Source of the DNA: Octopus sinensis
Lineage: Eukaryota
Reading direction: 5' to 3'
Assembly (NCBI RefSeq): GCF_006345805.1
Contig: NC_042997.1
Location: forward strand, 11,594,001 to 11,658,000
Length of the DNA stretch: 64,000 bases
Positions 26,478 through 39,621 of the stretch are shown in pieces. The notes under the pieces were generated by a model. That model ran no database searches, was not told where the DNA came from, and worked only from the letters and a program-made list of their open reading frames with translations. The first letter of the stretch is position 1. Every line of letters begins with the position of its first letter. Both the position numbers and the translations under genes were made by a program.

Positions 26478-27397
26478 TTAACCCTTCTTTTGTCACTTAA
26501 CCTTTCCGAACATGGTTAGTCACAAGGAGTCCTTACCCACCCCAATATAAAAATGTCTGTAGTTTTAGTATTATGTAAAATATACTCATTCTGTTGGTTC
26601 AGGATTTATCTACAATCATTGCTGAGAAGTTTGAAATCCTTGTAGCTGATTGATATTAATATAAAACAATACAATAAAATAAGAGAGTATTGTCGCTTGA
26701 AGCATTGTGTATTGTTTGTAAAGAATAAACAGTACAATGGTACAAGAATGCACTATAATATAGACAGTGGGCTATTTACCTGCTGTAATTTAGTCATCCA
26801 TAGTTTCGGAATAATATTCCTTCTTCATATATTCTTAGATGGAGTCGCTGCTATAATCGGCTTTCTAACGGATTTTATTTTTTATCTTTGGAAGCGTCTC
26901 AGCTGTGGTCTCACGATGCTCCTTCCGAAATTCCTCATGAGAAGTGTGTGAGGTTGGCCATGTCTCAATCTTTTTATTCTTTATAATAAAATAAATTATA
27001 AAATTATGGAAAAAATTTAAAAATCTTAGATTCAAATCACATTTATTTTGAAAATACTCACAGAATACTCCATTTTGTGGAATTTAAAAAAAATATCTGT
27101 GATGTGTAATAACATTAAAAAAATTACATAAGAGGCAATATGCATTAAATTAAAACTTGAACTAAAGATATAATTATAAAATTATTAATTATAAATCATA
27201 AACACATACCTGCGTTAGTCACATGGGGTGACTAGACAAAAACGTCGTCTACCTCCCACGACAACTGAGCAACGACTGCGTCACACCACCTGCAACACAC
27301 CCTGACTGAGTCAGAAGAGTAGAGGAAGGGAGAAAAATTCGGAGTATTTAAAAAATTTGGTGTGGCAACACATCCCGTGTGACTAACGAAGGGTTAA
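26478..27397. mobile_element. Possible TTAA-flanked (piggyBac-like) non-autonomous element
   Basis: TTAAcccttcttttgtcac at 26478 and gtgactaacgaagggTTAA ending 27397 are imperfect inverted repeats. A TIR-like copy also occurs near 27208. Confidence 0.4.
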
Positions 27398-28077
27398 GAA
27401 CATAACGCATTACTCAGTCCAAGAATCGAAACCACAATCGTACAATAATGAGTGCAAAATCCTAAGTACTAAGCCATGCGCCTCCACACTAAAAAAGCGA
27501 ATATAAAGAAAATACAATCTCCCTGTTTTGGTGTCATGTCAGCATCTAATCTAAAATAAATAAATGAATATAAAAAACATCATGCATTCACACACATGTA
27601 TACTTAGAGATCAAAAAGAAAAAAAAAATTACAGAAAAGAAATGAAGAAAAATATTAATAAAAGTTTAGCAAGCAATGTGGAAGATTTGAAAAAAGAATA
27701 TTTAAACGAAAAGGAGAACAAGAAAAAAAGAGAGAAGAAGAAGGAAATGGCACGGTAAGAAAAACAACACTGGGAGAGATTTTAAAAGAAGAAAAATAAA
27801 TAACCAAGAAACTCAAGATATTTAAAAAAAGATTTTAGAAATATATTGAAAGAACGATAAAAACAGTAAAAATAAAACAAGAGTATGACCACCTGGAAAA
27901 GGAACTTGAACCGGTTATAAAACGATTCCTAACCAACCCAAGACAAACATCAAAACACCTACAGGCTAACCTAAGCCAGCCCTATACCATTGCAAAACCA
28001 ACACCACACTATGTTGAAACCAATGCAGGTACCAAATACAAACCAACCCAAACTAACCTCGAACATCGCCTGACAGC

Positions 28078-28222
28078 TGTAACTTAGCGGTTCGGTAAAA
28101 GAACCGAGAGAATTAGTACCAGGCCTTAAAAAAATCTTGGAGTCGATTCGTTCGAGTAAAACATTTGAAGGTGGTGCCCCAGCATGGCTGCAGTCAAGAG
28201 ACTGAAACAAGTAAAAGATAAA
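28078..28222 (+). mobile_element. SINE family 1, 3' portion
   Basis: gtaacttagcggttcgg...cccagcatggctgcagtcaagagactgaaacaagtaaaaga. Confidence 0.8.
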
Positions 28223-28435
28223 AGATATCACCACCAGGCATCATGGGTACTTTTCGTAGAGTCCCATCTGTTGCAAGTCTTCGGATCAGGCTTTTGAGTA
28301 TACTTTCTTCCCTGAACTTTCTCCCACCTGTTTCGGAGGCTTAACATAGAATCATAGGTATTGCCTTCTCTCTTGACTAAGAGACAGAAAGAAATCAGCC
28401 CTGAATCAATCTCAAACAAATACCAAACTAACTCC

Positions 28436-28920
28436 AGATTTGACGGATATTTGTCCTCATCTTGTTTGTTGTTAACACAACGTTTCGGCGGATACACCCT
28501 CCAGCCTTCATCAGGTGTCTTGGGGAAATTTCGAACCTGGGTTCTCATTCCTGAAGTATTTTTCGATGTTGTTATTATTATTCAGGTCACTGCTTGGAAT
28601 CGAACTCGGAATCTATGCCATATGCCCGTGGGCGACTATGGAGTGAATTTTAGAGCTTATAAACCTAATATTTTCCTATCCTTCCTTAATGCTGGATCCC
28701 ATATGCTACATATATCTGCACTCAGTCTGCTTAAGAGGTTTTTGTGTCCTAACATATGTGATGCTTCTTTTAGTTTTCGTATTTTCCAGTTATGCTCTCT
28801 ATCTATTATATATCAGCCGAAACATTGTGTTAACAACCAACAAGATAAGGACAAATATCCGTCAAATGTAAGCAATGTAAACAATGTACATCATTCCTCA
28901 TCTCTTAAATATAGAACTCT
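28436..28920. mobile_element. PLE-type repeat with partial inverted copies
   Basis: 28436-28492 is the reverse complement of ~28815-28868 (gccgaaac.ttgtgttaacaac..acaagat.aggacaaatatccgtcaaat). Confidence 0.65.
28475..28518 (-). ncRNA. Variant minimal hammerhead (extra A after core, GUU site)
   Basis: Minus strand reads ACAC CUGAUGA A GGC-U-GGA..UCC-GCC GAA ACGU U^ GUGU. Confidence 0.55.
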
Positions 28921-29520
28921 AATTCCCGATTACCTAAAAACAACACCTAAACAACTATTAAACGGTTCCTAAACAATCCTTAAACTAACCTCAAACCATC
29001 TTCAAACTACCTCCAAACCTTCTCCAAACCACCTCGAAGCACCACCTCTAAATCATCTCCAAGCAAATTCAAAACCACCTCCAAACCATCTCCGAACCAG
29101 CTCCAAACTAATTCCAAACCAATCTAAGTAAAATCATAATCAACCTTGGGTATCAGCAAATCAACCTTCAACCAATTCTACATAAACCCAGGCTAAACTA
29201 AGTCGAACCAGCCCTAAACTAAGACCAAGCCAACCTCAACTAATTCTAACCAACCAAACCAACATCAAACTATTCCTAAACAAACCTTAAACTAACCGTA
29301 AACCAACCATAAATAATTTGAAGCCAACCAAAAATTTTTTTAAATCTCCACAAAATGCAAAACGAATGAAAAAGAAAACAAATAAAATCCAACATTCCCC
29401 CTTCAACCATAACTATATATTTTTTGATAAAAGCTTCAAAAGATTAACAGAAAATAGAAGTAATGGCATGTTTTGTGAAGTTTCTTTGAATGTTAAAGGT
29501 GGAATGGGGAAATTCACACA

Positions 29521-29573
<53 letters not shown>

Positions 29574-29897
29574 CACACACACACACGCACGCACACACAC
29601 ACGAAGACGCGCACGCATATGTATATATAAGATATAGAGCTGAAATAGCGCGCAGCAAAAATAAAATATGAATCCCTCTCTATAGAAACCTAAGTAAACA
29701 ATAAAAGCGAAAAAGAATAACGAATCAACTATTCCAGTGGGTTTATTCTCATTCTTCCTTGATACTTGTTGCTACTGTTGTTGTTGTTCTCTGTTTTTAT
29801 TTATTTATTTATTTATGTGGGTTTTCGAAAATTCAGCAGAAATTAGATCTCTTCATTTTTTTGAGTTTATGTATTTTTATGGATTTTTTTTATATAT

Positions 29898-29950
29898 ATG
29901 TCTGTCTGTCTGTCTATCTATCTGTCTGTCTGTCTGCCTGTCTATCTATG

Positions 29951-30011
<61 letters not shown>

Positions 30012-30046
30012 ATGTCTGTCTGTCTGTCTGTCTGTCTGCCTGTCTG

Positions 30047-30099
<53 letters not shown>

Positions 30100-30120
30100 A
30101 TATCTATCTGTCTGTGTGTC
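29898..30120. repeat. (TCTG)n/(TCTA)n compound microsatellite
   Basis: Tetranucleotide runs. Confidence 0.9.
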
Positions 30121-30429
30121 TGCCTATCTTTCTCTATCTGTCTCCACATAGATACATTCGCGTACACACAAATGAATATATGTTTAAAGAAATGTGTATA
30201 ATACACCCAAATATATATTTATATAGACACTCAGAGACTCACGTATATTAATGCAATTTCTAACCTTTTTTCTTTATTATCTTTTATTTATTTATTTATT
30301 TAAATGAAAACAGCTTTGAGCTATGCAATTATTTTCAGTTGAAACTAGACTAATGCTCTGATGAAAAATGTTTGGAAGCATTTATTACTACTACTACTAT
30401 TATTATTATTGATATTATGTTAGATATAA

Positions 30430-30582
<153 letters not shown>

Positions 30583-32669
30583 TAATTTCTGATGTAATTG
30601 TTTTTTGTTTGAAATATCTCCTGCGGTTAACTCAAAACAAGAAGAATATTAACAAAAAAGTTACGAGGAAGAAAAACCAATTCCAAATTGTATCCCCACT
30701 CCCATCACTTCACTCCCATCTCATCTTTCTCTGAAATATCTCCCTCTAAACCATACGATGAACAGTGAGGGATACTTAGATTTTTAATCTATCTCACTGT
30801 ACTAAAAAATCTACCCTATTCTTTAAAATCAAAAATATTTCTGTGTATTTGAAAAGAAAAAATTATGTATGCGGGCATGAAGAGTGAGATTTCTTCCTTA
30901 TTTAGAATGAGCTTTCAAAGGGATTCTTTCTCTCTACTAGAAGACGAAGCCGTAAAGTATCAATATAATTTTAGTAAGGAAGACATGTTAGGGATTCTTG
31001 TAAAATTCTCCAAATGATGAAGGATAACTGGGGATGGGACAAATTTAACCACAGGACGAAGCATAGAAAATATCTTATGTAAATAATTTTAATTTCCATT
31101 AATAAATTGGTACATTTTATGGTGAAATATCATATGAGCTATGTCAACCATTTATCATAGAAAGTGAATGAAATAAATTAACACATAAACATACTCTATG
31201 GCTTTATTTATTTAACTTGTATAAACAGTAAGTTTAGAAGAGGCGCCAAATATTTTAACTTCATATATAGTTTATCTTGTAGGAGCCAAGATGAAAAACA
31301 GGAAAATAAAAGTGGAGGAAGAAGAGAAATGCCATAAAAATTGCTATAGTATTAACAACAGAGCATGTAAAATGAAATTTCGACAGAATTCTTCTTGCCT
31401 ACCGCGGTAGGATGTTGTGCACTGGCAGAATCATATTTTCAAGGAACGATTGTTAAGGAATTATCTTCTTAAGGAGATTTTCCAAACAAAGAAGATTTTA
31501 TGGCAATGCGACAATTTTAACGACAGCACGAAGTCCGGACAATATATAATGTTCTGTAATTTCAAATTTTAACTATCTATAACCTATTTTATGTCAAAAT
31601 ATTAGCTGTATAGACAATTTATTAAGGGAAGTGAGGAAAAAGAGATTGTTTCATACATATTCGTATTATATGACTTAATTTATTTAGTGCATACGCAGAT
31701 ATATACACACACGTACACAGATATAAATATATATGTGAAATATATATATATGAAGATAAAATTGATGGGCAGGTGGTTGTTAATGGCATCAACGAGTTTA
31801 TAAATACGTCTTACAAATAAGTATATAAATATGCAGAAAGTTAGATGATTGTTCTTAGTAGTTCTTTAGAGATAGATGCGCTAGGAAATCATCCGCGAAA
31901 ATCGCGGGGAAAAGAGAAGAAAGCTAGGGGTTTCTTGGATTCAGTGACTGATGGTTGTTGCAGTGTGCATTGCGTCTACATGTATTTGTATTAATCTGTT
32001 AGCAAAGAAATATGAAATTTAAACACTCACTGCGATGCCACCTAACCCATCTCTAGAGTGTAGTTGTTCTAGAAATCTAGGATACTCTCCCTTTACATGA
32101 AAATACAACTCCACCACAGTAGAAGAAAAGAAAGTGGAGGAAGATAGGTCATTGGATGGGTATTAGAGTCATGAAAAGACATAAAAATAAAAATGAGATT
32201 GAAATAATAAAAGTGAGGAGTGACATAGAGGAGCGAGAAAAAGTAAGACGAAAAGAGGAGAGAAATAGAAAGAATAATTATAATATAGATTATATATTCT
32301 TTCACCCGAAGCATTTGTTCATCTGTTACTTAATTTTTGCGGTTACATTCTCGTTCAGGCGGCTGTTTAAGTCATATAAGTAGTCCTTCATCCATGATAC
32401 AGAAATGACCTCAATATTTTATTGATTGAAACAGACAAGGTGATACTCTTGCAAAGTCTAGTAAAGCTTCCACTGAAATGAAACAATTTTCATTCAAAGT
32501 AGGCAATATCGTTGGGCTTACTGTCGAAAATCTTGTACACAATATTAACAAAATTAACAGAACTTATTAAAAATAATATTTCGACAAGCCATAACCACAC
32601 CCCGGATAAAATGTCACCTCTGAGCAAAATAAATTTGAAACAAATGATATCCTTATTTTTTAGATGTCA

Positions 32670-33027
32670 TTGTTTCAGTCGCTGGATTATGGCAATACTT
32701 GAGAACCGCCTTGAAGGGTTTTAGTCGAGCCAATCAACTCCAGCATTTACTTTTTAAAGCCTGGTATATTTTCTGTCATTTTTGCCGAACCGTTAAGATA
32801 CGGGGACATTAACAAACCAACAGTATCAAGCGGTGGTGGGTGACAAAGTCAAGCACAATGACAAATACACATGCATACTCAGTTGCAGTCTCCCAAATCA
32901 ACTCACAGTCTTTGGCTTGCCTGTGGCTGTAGTAGAAAAAAACCCACTTACCCAGGGAGCCACGTAATGGGGCTTGAATCCAGAATCATGTTACCAGGAA
33001 GCGAACACCTTACCATACAGCCTATGC
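32670..33027 (-). mobile_element. SINE family 1, diverged
   Basis: Reverse-complement tail at 32670-32850 and head ending ccttaccatacagcc. Confidence 0.65.
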
Positions 33028-33751
33028 CTAATGTATATTTCTGCTAACTCTTGGGTTGTCCGGCAAGTTCGTGGCGATTTATAGTAGATTACCTTTCGAC
33101 TTACCCTCCCAGTCACCTCAATTCTGGGAAGAGAGTATTTTCAAGTTAAAGGAAAGATGGAGACGCATTGTGCAACAGAATGGTTCATATTTGGTTGATT
33201 AAAAATGTAATGGCAAGTATTTATTGACCTCTTTCTTTCCTTCAAAAATCGGCACGAACTTTCCGGACAACCCAATATATTTATTCCTACTAAATACTTT
33301 TTGGAATGTTTGCAAATTTTGGTAATTTTATCTACATGATATCCGACTCCAAGGTGTGATGCTTCCCTGTATGAAAAATGTTTAATAAAGGGGTTTTGAC
33401 TCCCAACATCCTTAGTCAGAGCAATAGTAGGACACTTACAATATATTGGACAAAAGAACATAGACTAAATCAAGGTGCTGTCTGAACAAATAAATAAACA
33501 CAAAATCTAAGAACTTGTTGGTGGTTCAGCTGAATAAATGTAATTCATAAACTGTATCGTATATTGAGTACTTTTTCTCTTGTTTGTTACAAACAATATC
33601 TATTTATCTGTCTTTCTGCTTATTTTGCTGACTGTCAGTCAGCCTCTCTGTGTATCTTTCTCTCTTTCTCTTTTTCACCCCCTTCTCTAATTATCTATAT
33701 ATCTATCTATATAATTGCGTGCATTTATGTATATATATATATATATACATA

Positions 33752-34142
33752 CAGGAGTGGCTGTGTGGTAAGTAGCTTGCTAACCAACCACATGGTTCCG
33801 GGTTCAGTCCCACTGCGTGGCATCTTGGGCAAGTGTCTTCTGCTATAGCCCCGGGCCGACCAATACCTTGTGAGTGGATTTGGTAGACGGAAACTGAAAG
33901 AAGCCTGTCGTGTATATGTATATATATGCATGTGTGTGTTTGTGTGTCTGTGTTTGTCCCCCTAGCGTTGCTTGACAACCGATGCTGGTGTGTTTACGTC
34001 CCTGTAACTTAGCGGTTCGGCAAGAAGTGACCGATAGAATAAGTACTGGGCTTACTAAGATTAAGTCTCGGGGTCGATTTGCTCGACTAAAGGCGGTGCT
34101 CCAGCATGGCCGCAGTCAAATGACTGAAACAAGTAAAAGAGT

Positions 34143-34146
<4 letters not shown>
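33752..34146 (+). mobile_element. SINE family 1, full length, young
   Basis: Head, CORE-like gcatcttgggcaagtgtctt, internal TA/TG tract, and tail ggcggtgctccagcatggccgcagtcaaatgactgaaacaagtaaaagagtaaaa. Confidence 0.9.
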
Positions 34147-34194
<48 letters not shown>

Positions 34195-34687
34195 TGTGTG
34201 TGTATGTATGTATATATATACATATATATATAATATATATATAGGTGTATATACATACACACACATATATATATGCATACATACACTCACACACTCACAC
34301 ATGTATATATATGTGTGTGTGTATTTAAATATACGAATTAGTGCGTACATCTAAACCTTCTTATATCAATAACTGCAATTGTTAAAGTGCAACAGACATT
34401 GCTCCTTAAATTGTATCTGTTCAAAAGTAAAATCGAATTTCCAACCTCATACTGGTTTTCTTCTTTCCTTATAGGGTTGTTCATGCCGAGAATTGATTTA
34501 TAAACGCGGTTTAAGTTCCTTTTGTTAAACACATCACAGTATTTGACAGGAAATAACAGTGAGAGTTTTGGGTACTTGTAAATTTAGCAATAAAATAAAT
34601 GACAAAATATAAAGATGTTTTGGTTGTTAGTTATTTTTTTATTTGTATATTTTATAATTATATATTTTTTATCTATTTCTGTCTGTT

Positions 34688-34724
<37 letters not shown>

Positions 34725-34730
34725 CTGTAT

Positions 34731-34731
34731 C

Positions 34732-34789
<58 letters not shown>

Positions 34790-34979
34790 ATTTCTGTCTG
34801 TTTGTCTGTCTGCCTGGTTGCTCGCCTGTCTATCTGTCTGTGTATGTATTCATGTATCTATCAGTCGGTGTGTGTGTGTCTGTCTGTCTCTATCTGTCTG
34901 CCTGTCTGTCTGTCTACCTATCTCTCTGTCTGTTCGCCTCTCTGCTGCTTCTCTCTCTCTCTCTCTCCTCTCTCTCTCT

Positions 34980-35070
<91 letters not shown>
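34731..35070. repeat. (TCTA)n / (TCTG)n / (TC)n compound microsatellite
   Basis: Two TCTA runs with an intervening degenerate tract. Confidence 0.9.
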
Positions 35071-35071
<1 letters not shown>

Positions 35072-35316
35072 TGGTCTGTACGTACTTATTATATTTATAA
35101 TTACTCGCTTATCGATATCAGCTGCTCAATGATACCTTCATTTTCAAATATTATCTCTATGAGCCGCATTTGCAGATCTGTTCCAGCTCCGAGATTTAGT
35201 GATGAAAAAACTCACAGTCAATACAAATGTCACATTGCTTTCACCTATAAAAGTAATAGTTTGCGTCTATCGGCGATGTTTTTTCTCTGTATTCCTTTTC
35301 TCTTGGACTTTCCTGT

Positions 35317-35351
35317 GTTTCTGAATACGAGCTTTGCTCGAAACGTAAAGC
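35317..35351 (+). ncRNA. Decayed variant hammerhead motif
   Basis: gttt CTGAATAC gagc-ttt-gctc GAAACGTA aagc. The core deviates from CUGANGA. Confidence 0.35.
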
Positions 35352-35460
35352 CACCTTTCTTTCCTTTTCTGAGCGTCCGCTAATACTTTGCATGTACCAC
35401 GCCCCCACGTTGTTGTTTTTTGTTGTGTTTATTCTTCGTTTTTTTTTCTTCTAAAAGTTA

Positions 35461-35868
35461 CGCAGGAGTGGCTCTGTGGTAAGTAGCTTGTTTACCAACC
35501 ACATGGTTCCGGGTTCAGTCCCACTGCGTGGCACCTTGGGCAAGTGTCTTCTACTATAGCCTCGGGCCGACCAAAGCCTTGTGAGTGGATTTGGTAGACG
35601 GAAACTGAAAGAAGCTCGTCGTATATATGTATATATATAAGTGTGTGTGTGTATATGTTTGTGTGTCTGTGTTTGTCCCCCTAGCATTGCTTGACAACCG
35701 ATGCTGGTGTGTTTATGTCCCCGTCACTTAGCGGTTCGGCAAAAGAGACCGATAGAATAAGTACTGGGCTTACAAAAGAATAAGTTACGGGGTCGAGTTG
35801 CTCGATTAAAGGCAGTGCTCCAGCATAGCCGCAGTCAAATGACTGAAACAAGTAAAAGAGTAAAAGAG
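35461..35868 (+). mobile_element. SINE family 1, full length, young
   Basis: Highly similar to 33752-34146. Confidence 0.9.
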
Positions 35869-36139
35869 AAAGATATATATATATATATCTGATATATCTG
35901 TGTGTGTGTGTGTGCATGTATGTATTATGAATATATATATATATATATATACATGTATTTACATGCGGTTAGATATATGTCCGATCATATACGACTTCCA
36001 ATGGTTTCGCATCCATAGAGCACTTAGCTTTATAGATGACTCCTCAAACTCTAATGACAGAGGGCATATAACCTCTCTTCAAACTGGAGGTAGAAAGCCG
36101 TTACAGTCAGTTAATTTGTAAATAAAGAATAATATACAA

Positions 36140-36825
36140 TTTTTGACGCTTATTTTATTGACGCCGAAAGGCTGAAAGGTAAAATCGACTTCGGCGGAAT
36201 TTGACCTCTGAAAGTGAAGACGGACGAAATACCGCTAAGCATTTTGCTTGCTCAGAGTGGTAACAATTTTGTCAACTCGCTGCTTTACTTTTGTTCTTTA
36301 TATTAGCAATGTTATCATAAGCTTAAATATAATAATGCCAAAAATTAGCCATTTGTGCACATAACTAGTTAGATTTGCCGTCTTCGTAGTCGCTGTATAT
36401 TAGTTTTTGACCTGATGCACTATGTTCTGTTGCATAAGAAGATTTTTCTTACGAAAAGTTTGGGCACTGAAGCTATAATCTCTTTGACTGGAAGCCAACT
36501 GGGGGGGGGGGGGGGGCGTTGAACTTACTGGTTTTCAGAATGAAGAAAAATATGCGAAAAAAAAATAAAGATCTATTTAGACCAAACTAACAGAGATAAA
36601 AGTTATTTTCTTGGTACCATAAAGACCAAATAAAAATAATTCTTTTTCCTATAGGCATAAAATCTGAAATTTTGGGGAAGAGGGAAGTCGGTTATTTTAC
36701 CGAACCGGAAAAGACTGAAAGGTAAAGTCGAATTCGGCAGAATTTGAACTCAAAACGTAAAACCCGAAGAAATGCTGGAAAAAATTTCGTCCAGAGTGCT
36801 AACGATTTAACCCGCTCGTTGCCTT
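36140..36825 (-). mobile_element. Two decayed copies of SINE family 2 (36140-36290, 36650-36825)
   Basis: gaaaggtaaaatcgacttcggcggaattt...gacgaaataccgctaagcattt and gaaaggtaaagtcgaattcggcagaatttgaactc. Confidence 0.65.
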
Positions 36826-36979
36826 AAGAACAAATGATAATAATAATGGAAGATTGCCGCCTGGAACAACAAACAATTTTAAAAACTTTAGTAAGTCTTC
36901 CACCTGGGTTTCGAAACCTCAGCTCCAAATCACCATACAATAACACCATACAAACGCTAGTTACTGATTTCTATTACCT

Positions 36980-37375
36980 CAAGACCAATGAAATTTTGCA
37001 AACGCCAGTTGCTGACGTCGCCTAATTCTAGACCAATCAAAACCGAACTTCAGTAAATACAATAGAATGACCCTTTAAGAAAATCAGTCAACTGGAACGA
37101 CTGATGACCGTTCTCCAGAGGGAAGCCAACCAGGCTGACCGATAAACTAGACCACCGGAAAAACATGACGTCACCAATAATTTAACGAATCAAAAAAATC
37201 AGATCCACTCGCGGAAAAAAGTTGTAAATACACCGGATTCAAAAACACACCGCTAGAAGCGAAGTTCCTACACACGACGGAAAGAGGCTCAGAGAAATTG
37301 TAAATTAAATCCCTCTTTTTTACTATCCTCTTTTCTCCCTTGTTTCTTTCCTTCTTGACTCAATATGGCTGAAAC
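36980..37375. promoter_or_regulatory. Candidate promoter-like motif cluster
   Basis: CCAAT at 36985, 37033 and 37174; perfect CRE TGACGTCA at 37166-37173; E2F-like 37209-37218; YY1-like CAATATGGCT 37361-37370; locally CpG-enriched. Confidence 0.3.
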
Positions 37376-37729
37376 TTTGATAATATTCAATTCTTGTCGA
37401 TCACTACTAACACTAATGAGCTTTGTACATTCAAACAAATTCATACACAGTTTTAATATTATTGACTGTTATGAACATTTAAATTTGACAACATCGAAAT
37501 TTTTGAACATGTTTTTTTATAATTCATAATTCTAAATTTCTCTGTTATGAACATTTTTAATTGTGAACATTGAAACTTTTAAAGATGTTCTTCTAATTCG
37601 AAATTCTAAATTTTTACCGTTGATAAACAAAAAATATTGTTGAAACTAGTTTGGTATATATATAAATAAATTATTTTAGACAATTACAAACTTTTCAAAT
37701 TTAGGTGCATTTTCAACAACAAATGTGCC

Positions 37730-37761
<32 letters not shown>

Positions 37762-37817
37762 AGTATATATATATATATATCTATATATCTATATATATAT
37801 ATATATATGTATGTAAG

Positions 37818-37862
<45 letters not shown>

Positions 37863-38040
37863 CTATAAATAAAGATATCTGAGAGACACCACCATGCCGA
37901 AATAACAGTTAAAACCCTGACTCTAAAAACCACCTAAAATGTTCATATCGCACCATGAGATATCATTATTTATAGTTGTAAAAATGTATTACCTTTGTAT
38001 GGTATTTATTCCCATGCTGGCCACTTGATAATATTATCCT

Positions 38041-38078
<38 letters not shown>

Positions 38079-38134
38079 ATATATATGAAAATATATATAT
38101 TTATGTACATATGTATGTATTCTTTTCTTTTTCT

Positions 38135-38320
38135 TTTATTGTTCTGGTCATTTGTTTGCGGTCATGCTGGACCACAGCTTTAAGGGTCTTTTAGTCGGAG
38201 AAATCGACCCTTGGACTTATTCTTTGTAAGCCTAGTACTTATTCTATCGTTCTCTTTTGCCGAACCGCTAGATAACGAGGACGTAGACACACCAACATCG
38301 GTTGTCAAGCCTTGGTGGTG
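38135..38320 (-). mobile_element. SINE family 1, 3' portion
   Basis: Reverse-complement tail (gcggtcatgctgg...ggacttattctttgtaagcctagtac). Confidence 0.75.
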
Positions 38321-38354
38321 GGGATATACACAAACACAGACACACACATAAATA

Positions 38355-39361
38355 TTGGGTCATCCCATAAATAATGCGATTCTTTTATACCTTTATTTTT
38401 CAAAATTAAGATAAACAAAGTTCTTTTTTAATCTAAAATATACTCTCCTTAATTTTCTACAATGCTCTTCCATCAATCTGGTAGACTTGCAAGGCCCCTC
38501 TTCCAAAATTCACTTGTCCAGTACTGTTCTGACCTTGTCTACACAATTCATACCTTATTTCCATTCAAGTGATTTTGAAGACTGCGGAATAAATGATAAT
38601 AAGATGAAGCAATATCCGGAGAATATGGTGGGTGTGGCATCGTTTCCTATTCAAACTGCTCCAGCCTTTGTAATGTCATCCTCGCTGCATATGTCCGAGG
38701 ATTATCCTGATGGAACAGCACCTTTAGTCTTGAAACCAAAGATGGTTGTTTTCCTTCTAGCGCTGACTTAAACAGCTCAAACTGGGCGCAATAGATCTCC
38801 ATTATCGTTTTAAAAGTTCAAAGTGGACTAAACCTTTCATATCCCACCAAACAGATAACAACACCTTATGTGGGTGAAGACCTTCCTTAGCCTTTGGTGT
38901 CACTGTTTCTCCTTTCCCTACCCACTGTCTTCGGCGTTTAACATTTTTATAGAGAACCCATTTCTCGTTACCAGTCACAATTCGGTCCCAAAAAGGTCTA
39001 TTTGTGAGACATGACAGCAAAGAAGAGCACATATTCACTCTCTGCTTGCGATTAGAAAAAGTTTGTGAGGAACCCACTGACCCAATTTACTGACTTTTCC
39101 GATGGCACGCAGGTGTCGATGAATAGTTGAATAACTAAATCCAAGCTTCTCTGCTAGTTCCTCAACAGTTACGATGGGATTTTGTTCCACCAGGTTTTGC
39201 AGGACGTCCTCGTGGAGCACTACAGATCTTCCAGGACGAAGCTCGTCTTGTATACTGTAGTTTCCGGCTCGGAATTTCTGGAACCACCGTTGACACTGGC
39301 TTATGCTTATTGTCCGATCCCCATATACTGCATTATTCCTCGCAATATTCCTCGCACTTTC
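38355..39361 (-). mobile_element. Mariner transposon relic, 5'-truncated
   Basis: TA-flanked TIR ttgggtcatcccataaataatgcg. Transposase motifs KLGQWVPHKL, RIVTGNEKWV and KVLLSVWWD, with stops and frameshifts. Confidence 0.9.
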
Positions 39362-39402
39362 GAAGCAAGCTTCCTACTACACAGCTACGCCTGTACCAAT
39401 AT

Positions 39403-39467
<65 letters not shown>

Positions 39468-39621
39468 ATACATATATAAACTCGAGTTGTCTGTTTGTGT
39501 CAATTTGCCGTCTACAGCCGTTAACGAATTTCGTGAAACTTTGCAAAGAGGTTAAAGTAACACCCAGTTTGTTACTTGGCTCATTGAAGTTTAATAGAAT
39601 TCTATAATTTGATAGCCGTTT

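Larger units (their letters stand above)
27920..29330. repeat. Degenerate ~11-12-bp C/A-rich minisatellite, interrupted by insertions
   Basis: Periodic units such as ctccaaaccac / ctaaactaac at 27920-28070, 28390-28436 and 28930-29330. Confidence 0.6.

Noticed and set aside
31893-31912. Two adjacent E2F-like sites
   Set aside because: Isolated short motifs without other supporting promoter context, so chance cannot be excluded.
37095-37120. CTGATGA at 37101 flanked by a short inverted repeat
   Set aside because: It lacks the downstream GAAA and stems I and III.
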